Shown here: piece after piece, positions 1-8,286 of the stretch
Numbering within the stretch: position 1 is the stretch's first letter
Layout: every line of letters begins with the position of its first letter
Source of the DNA: Bacillota bacterium
GTDB taxonomy: Bacteria; Bacillota; Clostridia; Christensenellales; SZUA-584
Reading direction: 5' to 3'
Length of the DNA: 64,000 nucleotides
Assembly (NCBI GenBank): GCA_023416745.1
Contig: JAEZHF010000063.1
Location: forward strand, 7,272 to 71,271
Notes under the pieces: generated by a model
What the model was told of the DNA's origin: nothing
What the model saw: only the letters and a program-made list of their open reading frames with translations
The model's database searches: none
Program-made: the position numbers and the translations under genes

Positions 1-1941
1 GGCTGTGATACCGTGCGACAGCATCCGGATGGTATCGCCAATGCCTATGTCCTCCGGGCGCGTATTGCTTTTGTGTACAGGCTTCGCGCGCAGACCCGAA
101 GACGCATTTTCTATCTTGTCATTGAGCGACCGCCTTGCCGTGTTGATCTCCTCCTGGCGCCCCTGCGCAGCCTTAAGCTCCGCAATCACGCGCTCCGCCT
201 CATCGCGGGCGTCCTTCAATATCTCCAGCGCCTTCTCGCGGGCACGGTCCACTGTATTTTGCGCCTTGTCTTGAGCCTTCTTCATTTCGGTATCGATCTT
301 GTCTCGGGCGGACTGTGCCGTTCTCCGGTCGTTCTCCGCCTGCTGGGCCTTTTTCTCGGCCAGCTCATGGCGCCGCTGCGCCTCGCCAATCAGTTCGTCG
401 AACTTGACAGCCTCCTCGGACATATGCTCGCGCGCACGGCTGATGACTGCCTCATCCAGCCCCAGCTTTTTGGATATCTCAAACGCGTTGGACACACCGG
501 GCACGCCCATGATCAACTCGTATGTGGGACTTAAGGTCTTGAGCGAAAAGGCCATGCACGCATTCTGATAATACTGGCTTGCCATAGCGAAAGCCTTGAT
601 CTCGCTGTAATGCGTCGTCGCCAGCACGGTGCTGCGTCGCTGCTCCAGCGTTTCCAGTATCGCCATCGCGAGCGCCGCGCCCTCTGCTGGGTCGGTACCA
701 GCACCCAGCTCGTCCAGCAGCACCAGCGCCTTTTCATCTGCTGCCTTCACGATTCGGGTGATGTTGGTCATGTGAGACGAAAACGTAGACAGGCTCTGCT
801 CGATGCTCTGCTCGTCACCGATATCCGCATACACTGCTGAAAACACGGGCAGTGCTGTACCGCCCGACGCGGGTACAAACAGCCCACTCTGCGCCATCAG
901 TACCATCAGTCCCGTCAACTTCAGCGTCACCGTTTTACCACCGGTGTTGGGGCCGGTAATGATGAGGCCGGTGAACCCATCGTCTATCGCCAGCGACACG
1001 GGCACCACCTTCATGGGGTCAATCAGCGGGTGTCGCCCGTTCTTGATGATCAGCTCGCGCCCCTCCGAGATGTTGGGCGGCGATGCTTTCATCGCAGACG
1101 CCAGCGACACCTTGGCGAATATCAGGTCCAGTGCGGTCAGCGCGGAGAGGTCGTCCGCCAGTTCTTCTCGCATATCGCGGCAACGACTCGAGAACTCGCG
1201 CAGTATGCGCTCCACCTCAGCCGCCTCGTTCAGTTCCAGCTCGCGCAGGCGATTATTAGCCTCCACCACCTCCATCGGCTCCACGAAAACCGTTTGGCCG
1301 CTGGCCGACTGGTCGTGCACCAGCCCGCGTATTTGCCGCTTGTGCTCTTGCTTGACGGGCACCACATAGCGTCCGCCGCGCATAGTCACGATGGCATCCT
1401 GCAGGCAGTCCTTGAGGTGAGGCGAACGTATGATGGCACTGAGCTTCTCGCGTATGCCCTCGTTCTCACGCAGTATGCTGCGCCTTATCCGCGCCAGCTC
1501 GGACGACGCGTTGTCTGCCAGCGCATTGTCACCCAGTATCGCGCCGTCCATGTCGGTCATCAGTCGCTCGTCGAACTGCAGCCGCTGGGCATAACCCCAC
1601 AGCAGATCGGCACCGCTTTCCTTCAGCCCGGCTCGGGCGCGCTTTGCGGCTTTCATCACGCCCAATATGCGCAGCAGCTCACCGCAGCCAAGGTCTGCCC
1701 CGGCATTGAGGCGCGCCACCTCGCCGGAAATATCCGAAAAGCCGCTCATGGGCGACGATGCGGCACGCATCATCACGCTCTCAGCTTCCAGCGTCTCGGC
1801 CTGCAGCCGCTTCACCGCCGCTGTGCTTGTTTTGGGAGCCAGCGCAAGCGCCGCAGCATGGCCGGGTACAGACAGCACCCGTTCCGCCAGTCTTTCACGT
1901 ATTTTATCAAATTCAAGCTTCTTGAGTACCTTTTGGTCCAT
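1..1941 (-). CDS. mutS2: Endonuclease MutS2, N-terminal and central part; the 3' end including the Smr domain lies beyond the left edge
   Basis: Absent from the ORF track because it runs off the window. My minus-strand translation from the ATG at 1941 gives MDQKVLKKLEFDKIRERLAE.... It contains Walker A GPNTGGKT, DELGAGTDP and a TTHY motif, then a charged coiled-coil tail. The frame stays open to base 1. Confidence 0.9.
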   Translation of the reverse strand, partial: MDQKVLKKLEFDKIRERLAERVLSVPGHAAALALAPKTSTAAVKRLQAETLEAESVMMRAASSPMSGFSDISGEVARLNAGADLGCGELLRILGVMKAAKRARAGLKESGADLLWGYAQRLQFDERLMTDMDGAILGDNALADNASSELARIRRSILRENEGIREKLSAIIRSPHLKDCLQDAIVTMRGGRYVVPVKQEHKRQIRGLVHDQSASGQTVFVEPMEVVEANNRLRELELNEAAEVERILREFSSRCRDMREELADDLSALTALDLIFAKVSLASAMKASPPNISEGRELIIKNGRHPLIDPMKVVPVSLAIDDGFTGLIITGPNTGGKTVTLKLTGLMVLMAQSGLFVPASGGTALPVFSAVYADIGDEQSIEQSLSTFSSHMTNITRIVKAADEKALVLLDELGAGTDPAEGAALAMAILETLEQRRSTVLATTHYSEIKAFAMASQYYQNACMAFSLKTLSPTYELIMGVPGVSNAFEISKKLGLDEAVISRAREHMSEEAVKFDELIGEAQRRHELAEKKAQQAENDRRTAQSARDKIDTEMKKAQDKAQNTVDRAREKALEILKDARDEAERVIAELKAAQGRQEEINTARRSLNDKIENASSGLRAKPVHKSNTRPEDIGIGDTIRMLSHGITA

Positions 1942-2131
1942 TCCGTCATCCTTTGCAGTATTCTTCCTTATGATACCACTTTACTGCACCCATTAAAAGC
2001 ACTGGTGTTTCTGCTTCACAAACAAAGTTTATTAATGGCTGGCATCGCTTAACTGAACCTTGTATAATGACGATAAATATACAGAGCGTTAACCGCATAA
2101 CGCTGCGGCATCACCATTAAAGGGGTAGGCC

Positions 2132-3334
2132 ATGAGCGAACCGGGCAAGGATTTTCTTGATTACTATATGATATTACAAGTGCATCACAGCGCGGAACCG
2201 GAGATCATCAAAAGTGCGTATAAGCGTCTGGCGCAGATGTATCATCCGGATGTCAGCAAGGATCCGCAGTCGCAGAAAAAGATGCAGCTGATCAACCAAG
2301 CGTATGCTGTCGTGTCCGACCCGGCACAGCGGCGGACTTATCACCGTGCCTGGCTGATGCACCAGAGGCCCGCCTCGCCGCCGAGCCCTGCCGCGGAGAA
2401 ACCGGAAAGCCTTTCCCGTCAGGTGCTGGACGACTATTTTCGCTGTCTGCTTCAGGAAGACTGGGCAATGGCTTACCGCAAGCTATCCGCCAAGGATCGC
2501 AGCATAGTGACCTTGGCCGACTTTTGCGAATGGAAAGAAGCCGTCAAAGCGCTGTACCAGATGGGTGCTTACGTGATCAAGTTCTTCCGCACCTATCACA
2601 ATAGCGTGGTGGACGTCGATGAGTATGACCGCGTGGATGTGTTCTCTGTAATACTGACAGACCGCGACAACCGCACGGGCCGTGTCAGCGAAGAGACTTA
2701 TACCAAATATGTTGTGCGGGAACAAGGTGTTTGGCGCGTGCGTCTCGGTTACTCGCAGCTTAAGCCCATCATATATAAGCTCAAGTATCTGGCAACGCAG
2801 GCACCTGAAATGAATCCGGACCGTCTATACACCGACACGCTGCTTAAGTACGACAAGCTGACAGGCTTTTATAGCCGCAGCGGGTTGCTCGCCTGCATGG
2901 AGCAGGAGATCGCGCGGGCGCGCCGCTTCCGAAATGTATTTACACTGGCCGTGCTGGATGTGAAGCCTGTCGGGGGCTTAATAGGCGTTTCGGCCACGGA
3001 CTATCTGCACATGTGCATGTCCGACGCAGCCGCCAAGCTGAAGAAGACGATGCGTTCCATCGATACCGCAGCGCGCTTCTCCGAGCACAGGCTGGCAGTG
3101 ATGATGATCCAGACGGGCAGTCACGCCGCAAGCCGGGCGCTGGTGCGCTTCCTGTTGGAGCTTAAGCCGGGCGAAGGCCTGCAATACCGGGTCAGCGGTA
3201 GCCTCACGGCTTTTCAGGGTGAATCCGCAGAAGACACGATGCTGCGCGCCGAACATGACGCACATATGCAGGTGGTCGTCGGACGGGACAACGTGCGAAA
3301 ATACCACTTCACGCTGGACGATCAGCAGGTATAG
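2132..3334 (+). CDS. J-domain protein with a C-terminal degenerate GGDEF-like domain
   Basis: The N-terminus has the DnaJ signature (DYYMILQV...YKRLAQMYHPDV, HPD present). The C-terminus starts like a GGDEF domain (DKLTGFYSRSGLL...EIARARRF), but the GGDEF position reads RFSEHRLAVMM. AGGGGTAGG sits before the ATG. Confidence 0.8.
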   Translation: MSEPGKDFLDYYMILQVHHSAEPEIIKSAYKRLAQMYHPDVSKDPQSQKKMQLINQAYAVVSDPAQRRTYHRAWLMHQRPASPPSPAAEKPESLSRQVLDDYFRCLLQEDWAMAYRKLSAKDRSIVTLADFCEWKEAVKALYQMGAYVIKFFRTYHNSVVDVDEYDRVDVFSVILTDRDNRTGRVSEETYTKYVVREQGVWRVRLGYSQLKPIIYKLKYLATQAPEMNPDRLYTDTLLKYDKLTGFYSRSGLLACMEQEIARARRFRNVFTLAVLDVKPVGGLIGVSATDYLHMCMSDAAAKLKKTMRSIDTAARFSEHRLAVMMIQTGSHAASRALVRFLLELKPGEGLQYRVSGSLTAFQGESAEDTMLRAEHDAHMQVVVGRDNVRKYHFTLDDQQV

Positions 3335-3385
3335 CCTTGCAACACAAAAATCGTACCCCGTGATCCTCGAATTATCGCTTTTAAA

Positions 3386-3781
3386 TTATATCCCAAACAG
3401 CGACCAGACAGCGGACGGAAATATCAGGTGTATCAACACAAACAGCACAAAAAGCAGTGCCAAAGTCCGGTGCGCCACAAACAGCGGTTTCTTTTTCAGG
3501 CGGTAAAATGCGCCGCCCAGTACAGCCGTCACAATCAGCATGATGCCGGCGATGGTGCCGGTATGCAAGCGCAAAGCGCCCAGCGCCAGTATACCATGAA
3601 CAATGGCCAGAACGAGTATCGTTATGCCTAAAGGCTTGTGCACAGCGCGCAGAAATTTGACGATCCTAGCCAATGCTTTGTTTTTATTATGGGAAGCAAG
3701 TTTGTTGATTAGGCGAAGCCAAAACGGCGCTGTCATTATGACGATAGCAGCCACGTTAAACCAACCGAGAACAGCGTACAT
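3386..3781 (-). CDS. Small 4-TM membrane protein with two H-x13-H pairs (putative di-haem b-type cytochrome, DUF4405-like)
   Basis: 131 aa with four hydrophobic helices. H48/H62 and H104/H118 are each separated by exactly 13 residues, on predicted TM2 and TM4. Its start lies 12 nt downstream of the stop of the b5-like gene. Confidence 0.6.
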   Translation of the reverse strand: MYAVLGWFNVAAIVIMTAPFWLRLINKLASHNKNKALARIVKFLRAVHKPLGITILVLAIVHGILALGALRLHTGTIAGIMLIVTAVLGGAFYRLKKKPLFVAHRTLALLFVLFVLIHLIFPSAVWSLFGI

Positions 3782-3793
3782 ATTCTCCCCCCT

Positions 3794-4156
3794 TTACGGC
3801 TTGAGCGTCCCGACAACAGGCAGACCTTTGAGTTTGGAAACACCATGCGGTGAGATTGTCTTTATCTCCTCCGTCAGATCATTACCGGCAGCAAAGCCGT
3901 TATGTTCGCCGTTCTTCCACTGCGGCACATTCGTCACGTCGTATATCACTCCGTCAATCGCGATATAAGCTGGGTTACCGTCTTTGCCGTTGTATTGGGC
4001 CAGTTCATCCACAGTGAGTTCAAGCTGGGAATCCGTGGTGTCGGCAGCTGTCGGAGTCTGGGCAGCGCCTTCTCCTTGGCATGCAACCATAACAACCAGC
4101 ACAGCTAAGAGGACGATGATATGGGCAATAGTTAAAATAAACTTGATGTGTCTCAT
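3794..4156 (-). CDS. Membrane- or lipid-anchored cytochrome b5-like haem/steroid-binding domain protein
   Basis: The domain reads ELAQYNGKDGNPAYIAIDGVIYDVT...GEHNGFAAGNDLT. The N-terminal hydrophobic segment ends in VMVAC, a possible lipobox. I moved the start to the second ATG (4156) because GGAGG lies 9 nt upstream of it. Confidence 0.75.
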   Translation of the reverse strand: MRHIKFILTIAHIIVLLAVLVVMVACQGEGAAQTPTAADTTDSQLELTVDELAQYNGKDGNPAYIAIDGVIYDVTNVPQWKNGEHNGFAAGNDLTEEIKTISPHGVSKLKGLPVVGTLKP

Positions 4157-4203
4157 TGCATTGTGCCTCCTCATAATTAATAGTCATTGGCGTTTATACT
4201 ATC

Positions 4204-4232
4204 ATTTTATATGGACTTCTTTTGGCTGTCAA
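4204..4232 (-). promoter_or_regulatory. Sigma-A type promoter for the b5-like / 4-TM gene pair
   Basis: On the minus strand, TTGACA (4232-4227), a 17 nt spacer, then TAAAAT (4209-4204). Confidence 0.6.
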
Positions 4233-4253
4233 AGTATATTCATATTTGATTGT

Positions 4254-4284
4254 AAAAAAAGGCCTGATCATAAATAGTCAGGCG
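4254..4284 (-). terminator. Rho-independent terminator ending the Mrp/NifX-like operon
   Basis: The minus strand reads GCCTGAC-loop-TCAGGCC followed by a run of seven T. Confidence 0.65.
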
Positions 4285-4331
4285 GAAAAGTCTGAAGCTT
4301 CAAACGCTGAAACATTTAACTACAAATCCAG

Positions 4332-4691
4332 CTAATGCCCACCACATTCATGGGCATGTTCGTGTTTGCTGCACACCGATTCTGCGGATACCATCTGTCC
4401 GACTGCAAATAGACGAGCGGCGTCATCGCAGCTGCCCAAAGCGCCAACGATCACCTTAATACCCTGCTGTGCGAAAAGCGTCTGCGCGCGTTCTCCCATG
4501 CCGCCCGCTATGACGACATCGGCTCCGTTTTCCTTCAGGAAAATCGGCAGCACCCCCGGCTGATGACCTGGATTGGGCAGAAAACGCCCTGCATCCACAT
4601 TGCCGCCGTCAGCTTCATACATCATAAATCCCTCACAGTGTCCAAAATGTTCTGACACCCGTTTTGCTTCTGCAGCTACTGCTATCCTCAT
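4332..4691 (-). CDS. NifB/NifX-family (dinitrogenase FeMo-cofactor biosynthesis domain) protein with a His/Cys-rich tail
   Basis: MRIAVAAEAKRVSEHFGHCEGFMMYE...VVIAGGMGERA is typical of the COG1433 fold. The C-terminus is CSKHEHAHECGGH. The start was trimmed to the ATG at 4691, which forms an ATGA overlap with the upstream gene. Confidence 0.8.
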   Translation of the reverse strand: MRIAVAAEAKRVSEHFGHCEGFMMYEADGGNVDAGRFLPNPGHQPGVLPIFLKENGADVVIAGGMGERAQTLFAQQGIKVIVGALGSCDDAARLFAVGQMVSAESVCSKHEHAHECGGH

Positions 4692-5560
4692 TCTATTTCC
4701 TCCTCTTCTTTTTTCAGACAAGCTATAATGGGTTTTAGCCGTTCCCACATTTTATTTATTGCCATGCCTGCCGTGCTGTCCGCATCATCTGTTACCGGCC
4801 GTAACGCATTAATTGACGCCGTTACCGTATCGTCGTACGGTATTTCCCCGACAACCTCAATGCCGCGAGCAGCCGCGTCGGCCTCAATGGCCTGCGTCAC
4901 TGCCGAATTCAGATCATATTTGTTGACGCATACCAGCGTTCTGACGCCGAAATGCGCACAAAGCTGAGCCACGCGCAGATAATCGTCGAATCCCGACTGT
5001 GTCGGCTCCGTGACGATGAGCACCCCGTCACTGGCCGTGACGGATGAAATCACAGGGCATCCGATGCCGGGCGATCCGTCGATGATGACCAGCTCTTCAC
5101 CCAGCGCCCGTGCATTTTTGCGCAGCTCGGTGACCAGCTTTCCCGAGCCATCGCTGCCAATTTCCATCTCTGCGCGGGAAAGAGATGCATTCTCCATCCG
5201 GGTCATATACACATCCGCGCACTTTTGGGTCCGCATACTGATCGCTCCAACGCTGCATACCAGCTCGCACGCACCGCAGCCCTCACACCGGAGCGCATCA
5301 ACCACACCGTCCTTCACGGCACCAAAGCGGCATATCTTCTTGCATCGTCCGCAAAGTGTGCAAAACCGGTTGTCGATCTCCGCCTTGACGCCAGCGAAGA
5401 AGTGTTTCTTACGGATGTCGTTACCGCTGAACAGCAAGGATAAGTTGGGCGCGTCCACATCGCAGTCTGCCAATGCACGCGCGCCGGAAAGCCGGACCAG
5501 CGCAGCCGCCACTGTGGTTTTGCCTGTTCCGCCCTTGCCGCTGATTACAGTCAGTTCCAT
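4688..5560 (-). CDS. MinD/CooC-type P-loop ATPase with an inserted 2x[4Fe-4S] ferredoxin domain
   Basis: Deviant Walker A SGKGGTGKTT, plus CTLCGRCKKIC and CEGCGACELVC. The start was trimmed to MELTVISGKGG at 5560, giving a 10 nt overlap with the upstream gene. Confidence 0.85.
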   Translation of the reverse strand: MELTVISGKGGTGKTTVAAALVRLSGARALADCDVDAPNLSLLFSGNDIRKKHFFAGVKAEIDNRFCTLCGRCKKICRFGAVKDGVVDALRCEGCGACELVCSVGAISMRTQKCADVYMTRMENASLSRAEMEIGSDGSGKLVTELRKNARALGEELVIIDGSPGIGCPVISSVTASDGVLIVTEPTQSGFDDYLRVAQLCAHFGVRTLVCVNKYDLNSAVTQAIEADAAARGIEVVGEIPYDDTVTASINALRPVTDDADSTAGMAINKMWERLKPIIACLKKEEEEIE

Positions 5561-6384
5561 GCCATCACACCTGCCTTTACCTTCTCTGCTATATCCTGAA
5601 GCGCTTTTCGATAGACAGGCAGCTCTGTTAGCAATCGTCCCGCAGAATAAACCTCCGCCGCCTCGCGGGCATAAGCAATCGTCCCCATTATAGGAATGCT
5701 GTTTTCCCGGCAATAGCCGCTGATCAGCTTCTCACCCGGCACATGCTTGTTGATGACAACGCCAAAACGCATGCCGCGCAACCGAAGCAGTTGCACAGCC
5801 AGGTCCAGATCATGCAGACCAAAGGCCGACGGCTCAGTCACCAGCAGCGCATAATCCGCATGGGCGATCACGGTGGCCACGCTGCATGACGTGCCGGGCG
5901 GGCAATCTAGCACACAGACTCCTTCCGGCAGATTACTCAGCAGCTGCCGTAACACAGGAACGGGCATTTGCTCCCCCACGTCCAACACACCCCGGCGGGC
6001 TATCATGCTGCCCGATAAGCCCTGCTCCACCAGTCCCACACGGCGCCTTCCGTACTGAATGGCTCCTGGCTCACAGACCAGCGCGCATGCGCCGCAGGCA
6101 TGACACAGCCTGTCAAACGCCATCACACCTTTTTTGGTAGTGACCAGAGCGTGGAAACGACAGATCTCACCGCAACGTTTGCACAGAGTACATTTGTCGG
6201 CATCTATTTCCGGACGTTCCACCTCTACCACTTGACCCGTGATGCCGGAGGGCTTCAGAAAGATATAGCCATTGGGCTCCTCAACATCACAGTCGATGTA
6301 GTGCCAACCTGCCAATTTTGCCAGTCCGACTGCCACCGTCGTTTTACCGGTACCGCCCTTGCCGCTCAATACGCAAAGCTTCAC
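5551..6384 (-). CDS. MinD/CooC-type P-loop ATPase with an inserted 2x[4Fe-4S] ferredoxin domain (paralogue)
   Basis: SGKGGTGKTT, plus CTLCKRCGEIC and CHACGACALVC. ATGA overlap with the upstream gene. Confidence 0.85.
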   Translation of the reverse strand: MKLCVLSGKGGTGKTTVAVGLAKLAGWHYIDCDVEEPNGYIFLKPSGITGQVVEVERPEIDADKCTLCKRCGEICRFHALVTTKKGVMAFDRLCHACGACALVCEPGAIQYGRRRVGLVEQGLSGSMIARRGVLDVGEQMPVPVLRQLLSNLPEGVCVLDCPPGTSCSVATVIAHADYALLVTEPSAFGLHDLDLAVQLLRLRGMRFGVVINKHVPGEKLISGYCRENSIPIMGTIAYAREAAEVYSAGRLLTELPVYRKALQDIAEKVKAGVMAWN

Positions 6385-6752
6385 CGTCCGCCTCCCATAC
6401 CGGCATGGGAGGGCCCTGCTGATGTTACTTCCTCAAGCTTTGCCTCCCGCAGCAGTTGGACAGCCGTGCGCACCGGCACGCTGCCGCACCTGTATATACG
6501 GATATCCGAGTTGCGCAGCACGTTATACGCATTGGGTCCCGCCGAGCCAGTGATGACCGCCTCAACATCTTTGTCGATCATCTGCTGTGCTGCCGCTAAG
6601 CCTGCGCCGCCGCTGGCCGATGCTGCCGCATTTTCAATAAAGTTCACTGTGTCTGCCTGCGTATCGCACAGCGCAAACCAAGTGCACCTCCCAAAGCGCG
6701 GATCCACCAGCGCTTCTTCAGAATTTCCTGCCGCCGAAACTGCAACCTTCAT
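6381..6752 (-). CDS. NifB/NifX-family (FeMo-cofactor biosynthesis domain) protein
   Basis: MKVAVSAAGNSEEALVDPRFGRCTWFALCD...AVITGSAGPNA matches the COG1433 pattern. Confidence 0.8.
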   Translation of the reverse strand: MKVAVSAAGNSEEALVDPRFGRCTWFALCDTQADTVNFIENAAASASGGAGLAAAQQMIDKDVEAVITGSAGPNAYNVLRNSDIRIYRCGSVPVRTAVQLLREAKLEEVTSAGPSHAGMGGGR

Positions 6753-6771
6753 ATTGTGCTCCTTCCAGTAT

Positions 6772-7596
6772 CTATTGCTGCCAGACCGCCTCTTTCACCT
6801 GATATCCGACGCTGGTCATAACCGCAGCCACCTCATCATCCATTCCGCCAAGCCCCGTGTCTGTAATCGCACCCAGTCCCGGCTTCATCGGCAATTCACC
6901 CAGCAGCTTCAGCTCCATCGAGTCATAAAAATCCTCATGTGTCTCGCCATAAAGCCGGATGGCCTCGCCGCAGTGCGGGCAGTTCAAATGACTCATGTTT
7001 TGTACCGAGCCGATCAGCTTGATATTCAGCTGCTTGACCATGTTGACTGCTTTGGCTACGATCATCGACACCATGTCCTGCGGCACTGTGACGATCACCA
7101 TGCCGGAAAGCGGGATAGACTGCATCACCGTCAGTGCTACATCGCCGGTACCCGGCGGCATATCAATAATCAGGAAATCCAATTCACCCCAGAACACATC
7201 CTCCCAGAACTGCTTGACAGTTCCAGAAATGATTGGCCCCCGCCAAATGACAGGTTGGCGCTCATCGGGCAACAACAGGTTCAGTGACATCACGCTGATG
7301 CCATCTGCTTCCGCTGGTATGATGCCCATTTCGTTTTGCATGAGTTTTGCGTCCCGGATGCCCAACAGTCTCGGTATACTGGGACCTGTGATGTCTGCGT
7401 CCAGTATGCCCACTGCGTGCCCCATCTGTTTGAGCGCTTTTGCCAACAGAACCGAAACCGTAGATTTTCCGACGCCGCCTTTTCCGCTCATCACACCGAT
7501 TACGTGTTTTACATGGCTATAAGGATTGTTCTTTATGGTGCACCCATCTTTTGAATTGCATGTGCCCTTGGATGGGCAGTTTTCACAATCGGCCAT
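6772..7596 (-). CDS. Mrp/NBP35/ApbC-family Fe-S cluster carrier ATPase
   Basis: The N-terminus is Cys-rich (CENCPSKGTCNSKDGC). Walker A is SGKGGVGKST. A CPHCG motif follows. This is the first gene of a five-gene coupled operon. Confidence 0.85.
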   Translation of the reverse strand: MADCENCPSKGTCNSKDGCTIKNNPYSHVKHVIGVMSGKGGVGKSTVSVLLAKALKQMGHAVGILDADITGPSIPRLLGIRDAKLMQNEMGIIPAEADGISVMSLNLLLPDERQPVIWRGPIISGTVKQFWEDVFWGELDFLIIDMPPGTGDVALTVMQSIPLSGMVIVTVPQDMVSMIVAKAVNMVKQLNIKLIGSVQNMSHLNCPHCGEAIRLYGETHEDFYDSMELKLLGELPMKPGLGAITDTGLGGMDDEVAAVMTSVGYQVKEAVWQQ

Positions 7597-7650
7597 TTTT
7601 GTCTCCTCACATACATTCGATTAATGTCATTTTGGTCATATGCCTATTTG

Positions 7651-7679
7651 ATTTTATGCCTGTGCTCTTTTTTTGTCAA
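7651..7679 (-). promoter_or_regulatory. Sigma-A promoter of the Mrp operon
   Basis: On the minus strand, TTGACA (7679-7674), a 17 nt spacer, then TAAAAT (7656-7651). Confidence 0.6.
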
Positions 7680-7698
7680 TAAGATTAGAAAATATTTA

Positions 7699-7726
7699 TT
7701 GACATATGCCCATAATGTCGTATAAT
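7699..7726 (+). promoter_or_regulatory. Sigma-A promoter of the DUF5320/DUF134 genes
   Basis: TTGACA (7699-7704), a 16 nt spacer, then TATAAT (7721-7726). AAAGGAGG lies upstream of the ATG at 7771. Confidence 0.6.
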
Positions 7727-7770
7727 TGCTCTATCGGGTATATGCCCATAATTAAAAGGAGGTATTCTCA

Positions 7771-8112
7771 ATGCCAGGTATGGATGGAACAGGTCCTTTC
7801 GGAAACGGGCCGGGTACAGGCGGCGGTTTTGGACGCTGCGGATATGGGCGCGGGTCTGGCCGCGGTCGAAGAAATGCCGCCGGATATGCATCGGCTGCTT
7901 TTCAATCGTACAGGCCATCGGAAGGGGCGCATATTGATGAGCCGGCTGCCCAAGAGGAGTCAGCATTCAGCGGCAGAGTATTGGATGAACTGAGTGAAGT
8001 CAACAATCGATCAGCCGCACTTGAAGAAAAGCTTGCCGAGCTGACAAAGGCTGTGCAGGCACTGGCGAGACCAGCGTCCGGAAATGCAGGAAAAGCTGCA
8101 AAGCCACATTGA
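7771..8112 (+). CDS. DUF5320-family protein
   Basis: The N-terminus MPGMDGTGPFGNGPGTGGGFGRCGYGRGSGRG is the Gly-rich signature I associate with DUF5320. The C-terminus is a coiled coil (LEEKLAELTKAVQAL). Confidence 0.7.
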   Translation: MPGMDGTGPFGNGPGTGGGFGRCGYGRGSGRGRRNAAGYASAAFQSYRPSEGAHIDEPAAQEESAFSGRVLDELSEVNNRSAALEEKLAELTKAVQALARPASGNAGKAAKPH

Positions 8113-8286
8113 TTCTGTTTGGAACGTCAGCATTGGCTCTGCTGCAGAGCTTATGCTGACGCTTCCAAACCTTCAGGTAGGTCCAGATGAAATTACTTTA
8201 AGATTTCCTCGTATTATGTTAGAATACATTGTATTACTCAGAAACAATACTGTATTGACAGTCATTGATTAACAAGGAGTTGCGGT

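Larger units (their letters stand above)
7637..7752. promoter_or_regulatory. Four direct copies of a TATGCC-core motif, candidate operator sites in the divergent promoter region
   Basis: CATATGCC at 7637-7644 and TTATGCC at 7654-7660. An identical 13-mer ATATGCCCATAAT occurs at 7704-7716 and 7740-7752. For each promoter, one copy lies in the -35/-10 spacer and one lies just downstream of the -10. Confidence 0.45.

Noticed and set aside
1030-2052. A 340-aa plus-strand ORF and other overlapping plus-strand ORFs in the first 2 kb.
   Set aside because: They are antisense shadows of mutS2, which reads cleanly on the minus strand with Walker A and MutS signature motifs. Their translations are low-complexity Arg/Ala/His-rich sequence typical of wrong-frame high-GC DNA.
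6100-7287. A 395-aa plus-strand ORF across the ATPase, NifX-like and Mrp genes.
   Set aside because: It lies antisense to three well-supported, motif-bearing genes. It has no recognisable motifs and shows wrong-frame composition.
8084-8272. A 62-aa plus-strand ORF between the DUF5320 and DUF134 genes.
   Set aside because: It overlaps the 3' end of the DUF5320 gene, has no RBS and shows no recognisable features. The space is probably an intergenic spacer.
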